Assembly: GCF_963921235.1 (NCBI RefSeq)
Contig: NC_086108.1
Coordinates: 31,374,001-31,438,000 of the forward strand
DNA: 64,000 bases
Origin: Mobula hypostoma
Lineage: Eukaryota
Direction: 5' to 3'
In this document: piece after piece, positions 61,404 to 64,000 of the stretch
How the letters are laid out: the number at the start of each line of letters is the position of its first letter
Position numbering within the stretch: position 1 is the stretch's first letter
Notes under the pieces: model-generated
Told to the model about the DNA's origin: nothing
Databases searched by the model: none
Seen by the model: the letters and a program-made list of their open reading frames with translations, nothing else
Made by a program: the position numbers and the translations under genes

Positions 61404-63002
61404 CAGGTGTCCCTCGCTTTTCGAACGTTCACTTTACAAAAACTCACTGTTACGAAAGACCTACATTAGTACCCTGTTTTTGCTTTCAGAAGGTGTTTTC
61501 ACTGTTACGAAGAAAGGTAGTGTGCAATAAAAAATCAGCCGCTCTCCCCCGGATACCGAACGGCATTGCTTAAACACGTTGCATTGAGCAGCCGTTAGCA
61601 GGATGAGTTCTAAGGTGTCGGAAAAGCCTAAAAGTGCTCGTAAGGGTGTTACACTTAGCGTAAAACTAGACATAATTGAGCGTTTCGATCGTGGTGAACG
61701 AAGCAAGGACAAAGTGAGTTTGGCTTGTGGAAGCTGACGAAGATGATGTTGAAGAGGTTTTGGCATCCCATGACCAAGAACTGATAGATGAAGAGCTGAT
61801 GCAATTGGAAGAGGAAAGGATAACAAGCAAAACCGAATGCAGTAGCGAAAGTGAAGTCATCCAGGAACTGAACGTGAAGCAACTGCGTGAGATTTTCGCT
61901 GCAATGATAAAGTACAACTTTAATTTTGAAAGGGTACGTAGGTTTAAGGGATATTTGCAGGATGTTTTGAGTCCTTACAAAGAACTGTGTGATAGAAAAA
62001 TGCTCGAGGCTCAGCAGTCAAGCAAGCCTTCCATATCAGCCATAGCAGACGAAGAACATCGACCTTCGACATCGAGGCAGGCAGTCGTAGGAGAAGATGA
62101 GCTGCCTGCTCTGATCGATGATGAGATGACACCCCCATGTCCCACCACCCCAACCCCCGGGCCCCGGGCCCCGGACCAATACTGTACCGATTCGCAGAGA
62201 ATGCAGCGGTAGCCGGGATGCACTCAACACATCTTTAAGAAAAAAGCTGAAATAAACATGCTGATTAATTAGGTGCCACCTAGCACGTAATTGTCAGCCC
62301 AGATCAGTGCCGATGCAATTGGCAATCGCCTCTGATCTGCGCCGACATTTACGTGCCGGGCTGCACCTAATTAATTAGCATGTTTATCTCGGCTTTATTC
62401 TTAAAAATGTGCTGTGTGCCTCCCGGTTACCCCTGCGTGCTTCGCGGAAATGTATCAGTCAGCGGCCTGGAGGGTGGGGGCCACTGCACCACCCAACCTA
62501 CAACGATTCAGTTTAACACACCATCATCAGTGTGCTCGATGTCTTCCCAATTCCGGTAAGTGATACTACACTGTACGTACATTATTTCTACTTTATATAG
62601 GCTGTGTATTTTTACGTGTTATTTGGTAGATTTGGCAGCTTCATAGTTTAAAGGTTACTGGAGAACGCCTTTATGCCAACAGTGCTTGTGTGAGATTTTC
62701 TGCCGAGAGCACTTGCATGAGATTTTCGCTACGGAGATCTGTGCAGGCAATCGTTGTAGAGAAGTATTTCTACTTTATATAGGCTGTGTATTTATCATAT
62801 CATTCCTGTTTTTACTATATGTTACTGTTATTTTAGGTCTTATATGTTATTTGGCATGATTTGGTAAGTTATTTTTGGGTCTGCGAACGCTCACAAAATT
62901 TTCCCATTTAAATAAATGGTAATTGCTTCTTCGCTTTACGACATTTCGACTTACGAACCGTTTCACAGGAACGCTCTACCTTCAGATGGCGGGGTAAACC
63001 TG
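61404..63002 (+). mobile_element. Non-autonomous Tigger/pogo element (DDE domain deleted)
   Basis: TA|CAGGTGTCCCTCGCTTT ... GGCGGGGTAAACCTG|TA; ATG at 61603 gives MSSKVSEKPKSARKGVTLSVKLDIIERFDRGE (CENP-B-like HTH) directly followed by the Tigger-like acidic C-terminus EDDVEEVLASHDQELIDEELMQLEEE. Confidence 0.85.
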
Positions 63003-63004
63003 TA

Positions 63005-63974
63005 CAGGTTGGCGCAGATCAGAGGTGATTGCCGATTGCATCGGCACTGATCTGGGCCGACAATTACGTGCTAGGTGGCACCTAATTAATTAGCACGTTT
63101 ATTTTGGCTTTTTTCTTAAAGATGTGCTGTGTGCCTCCCGGCTACTGCTGCATTCTCCGCGAATCGGTACAGTATCTGTCCGGGGCCCGGGGGTTGGGCT
63201 GGTGGGACATGGGGGTGTCATCTCATCGTCGATCAGGGCAGGCAGCTCATCTTCTCTTATGACTGCCTGCGTCGATGTCGAAGGTCAATGTTCGTCGCCT
63301 GCTGTGGTTGATGTGGAAGCTTGCTTGACTGCTGAGCCTCGAGCATTTTTCTATCACACAGTTCTTTGTAAGGATTCAAAATATCCTGCAAATATCCCCT
63401 AAACCTACATACCCTTTCAAAACTAAAGTCGTACTTTATCATTGCAGTGAAAATCTCACACAGTTGCTTCACGTTCAGTTCCTAGACGACTTCACTTTCG
63501 CTACTGCATTCGGTTTCAATTGTTATCCTTTCCTCTTCCAATTGCATCAGCTCTTCATCTATCAGTTCTTGGTCATGGGATGCCAAAACCTCTTCAACAT
63601 CATCTTCGTCAGATTCCACAAGCCAAACTCACTTTGTCCTTACTTCGTTCACCGCGATCGAAACGCTTAATTATGTCTAGTTTTACGCTAAGTGTAACAC
63701 CCTTATGAGCTCTTTCAGACTTTTCCGACACCTTAGAACTCATTTTGCTAACGGCTGCTCAATGCAACGTGTTTCAGCAATGCTGTTCCGAATCCGGGGG
63801 AGAGCGGCTGCTCGGGGTGCGCACAGCCTTTTATCGCGCGCTGATTTTTATTGCGCGCTGCCTTTCTTCGTAACAGTGAAAACACCTTCTGAAAGCGAAA
63901 ACAGGGTACTAATGTAGGTCTTTCATAACAGTGAGGTTTCATAAAGCGAACGTTTGAAAAGCGGGGGACACCTG
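63005..63974 (-). mobile_element. Second Tigger copy, inverted, 3' part deleted
   Basis: Reverse complement of 61404-62343; ends AAAGCGGGGGACACCTG|TA; only CAGGTT of the other TIR remains at 63005. Confidence 0.88.
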
Positions 63975-64000
63975 TATACCGAAAGATGGAATGTGGGTCA

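Larger units (their letters stand above)
58297..64000 (+). mobile_element. L1-clade LINE (5'UTR, ORF1, ORF2), interrupted at 61403 and running off the window end
   Basis: ORF1 and ORF2 motifs listed in the next two features; ORF2 rejoins across the Tigger block as WKEAIISA|IPKDG. Confidence 0.9.

Overview
Eukaryotic (vertebrate) non-genic or intronic DNA made mostly of decayed and nested transposable elements. The repeat mix suggests a cartilaginous fish such as a ray or shark, but that is inference. It includes many CR1 LINE copies, Rex1/Babar-type LINEs, an L1-clade LINE, a Tx1-type 3' end, a Penelope GIY-YIG element with hammerhead-ribozyme remnants, tRNA-derived SINEs, Buster/Charlie hATs, mariner, Tc1 and Tigger derivatives and a Gypsy LTR element. 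I recognise no intact host protein-coding gene, RNA gene or CRISPR array, and nearly all listed ORFs are TE fragments or their antisense shadows. The notable structure is architectural: (1) an ~11 kb 'Russian doll' in which one Rex LINE hosts four insertions whose junctions can be rejoined; (2) a 42-bp minisatellite that appears to derive from a hAT subterminal motif; (3) a tail-to-tail Tigger pair forming a ~2.6 kb foldback inside an L1; (4) multi-TIR palindromic mariner MITEs; (5) a composite Tc1 mini-MITE pair bracketing cargo; (6) a degraded gag-like remnant with an internal duplication; and (7) a few candidate spliced exons. I found no convincing new multi-gene system. Boundaries were read by eye and are approximate unless TIR, TSD or LTR ends are quoted.
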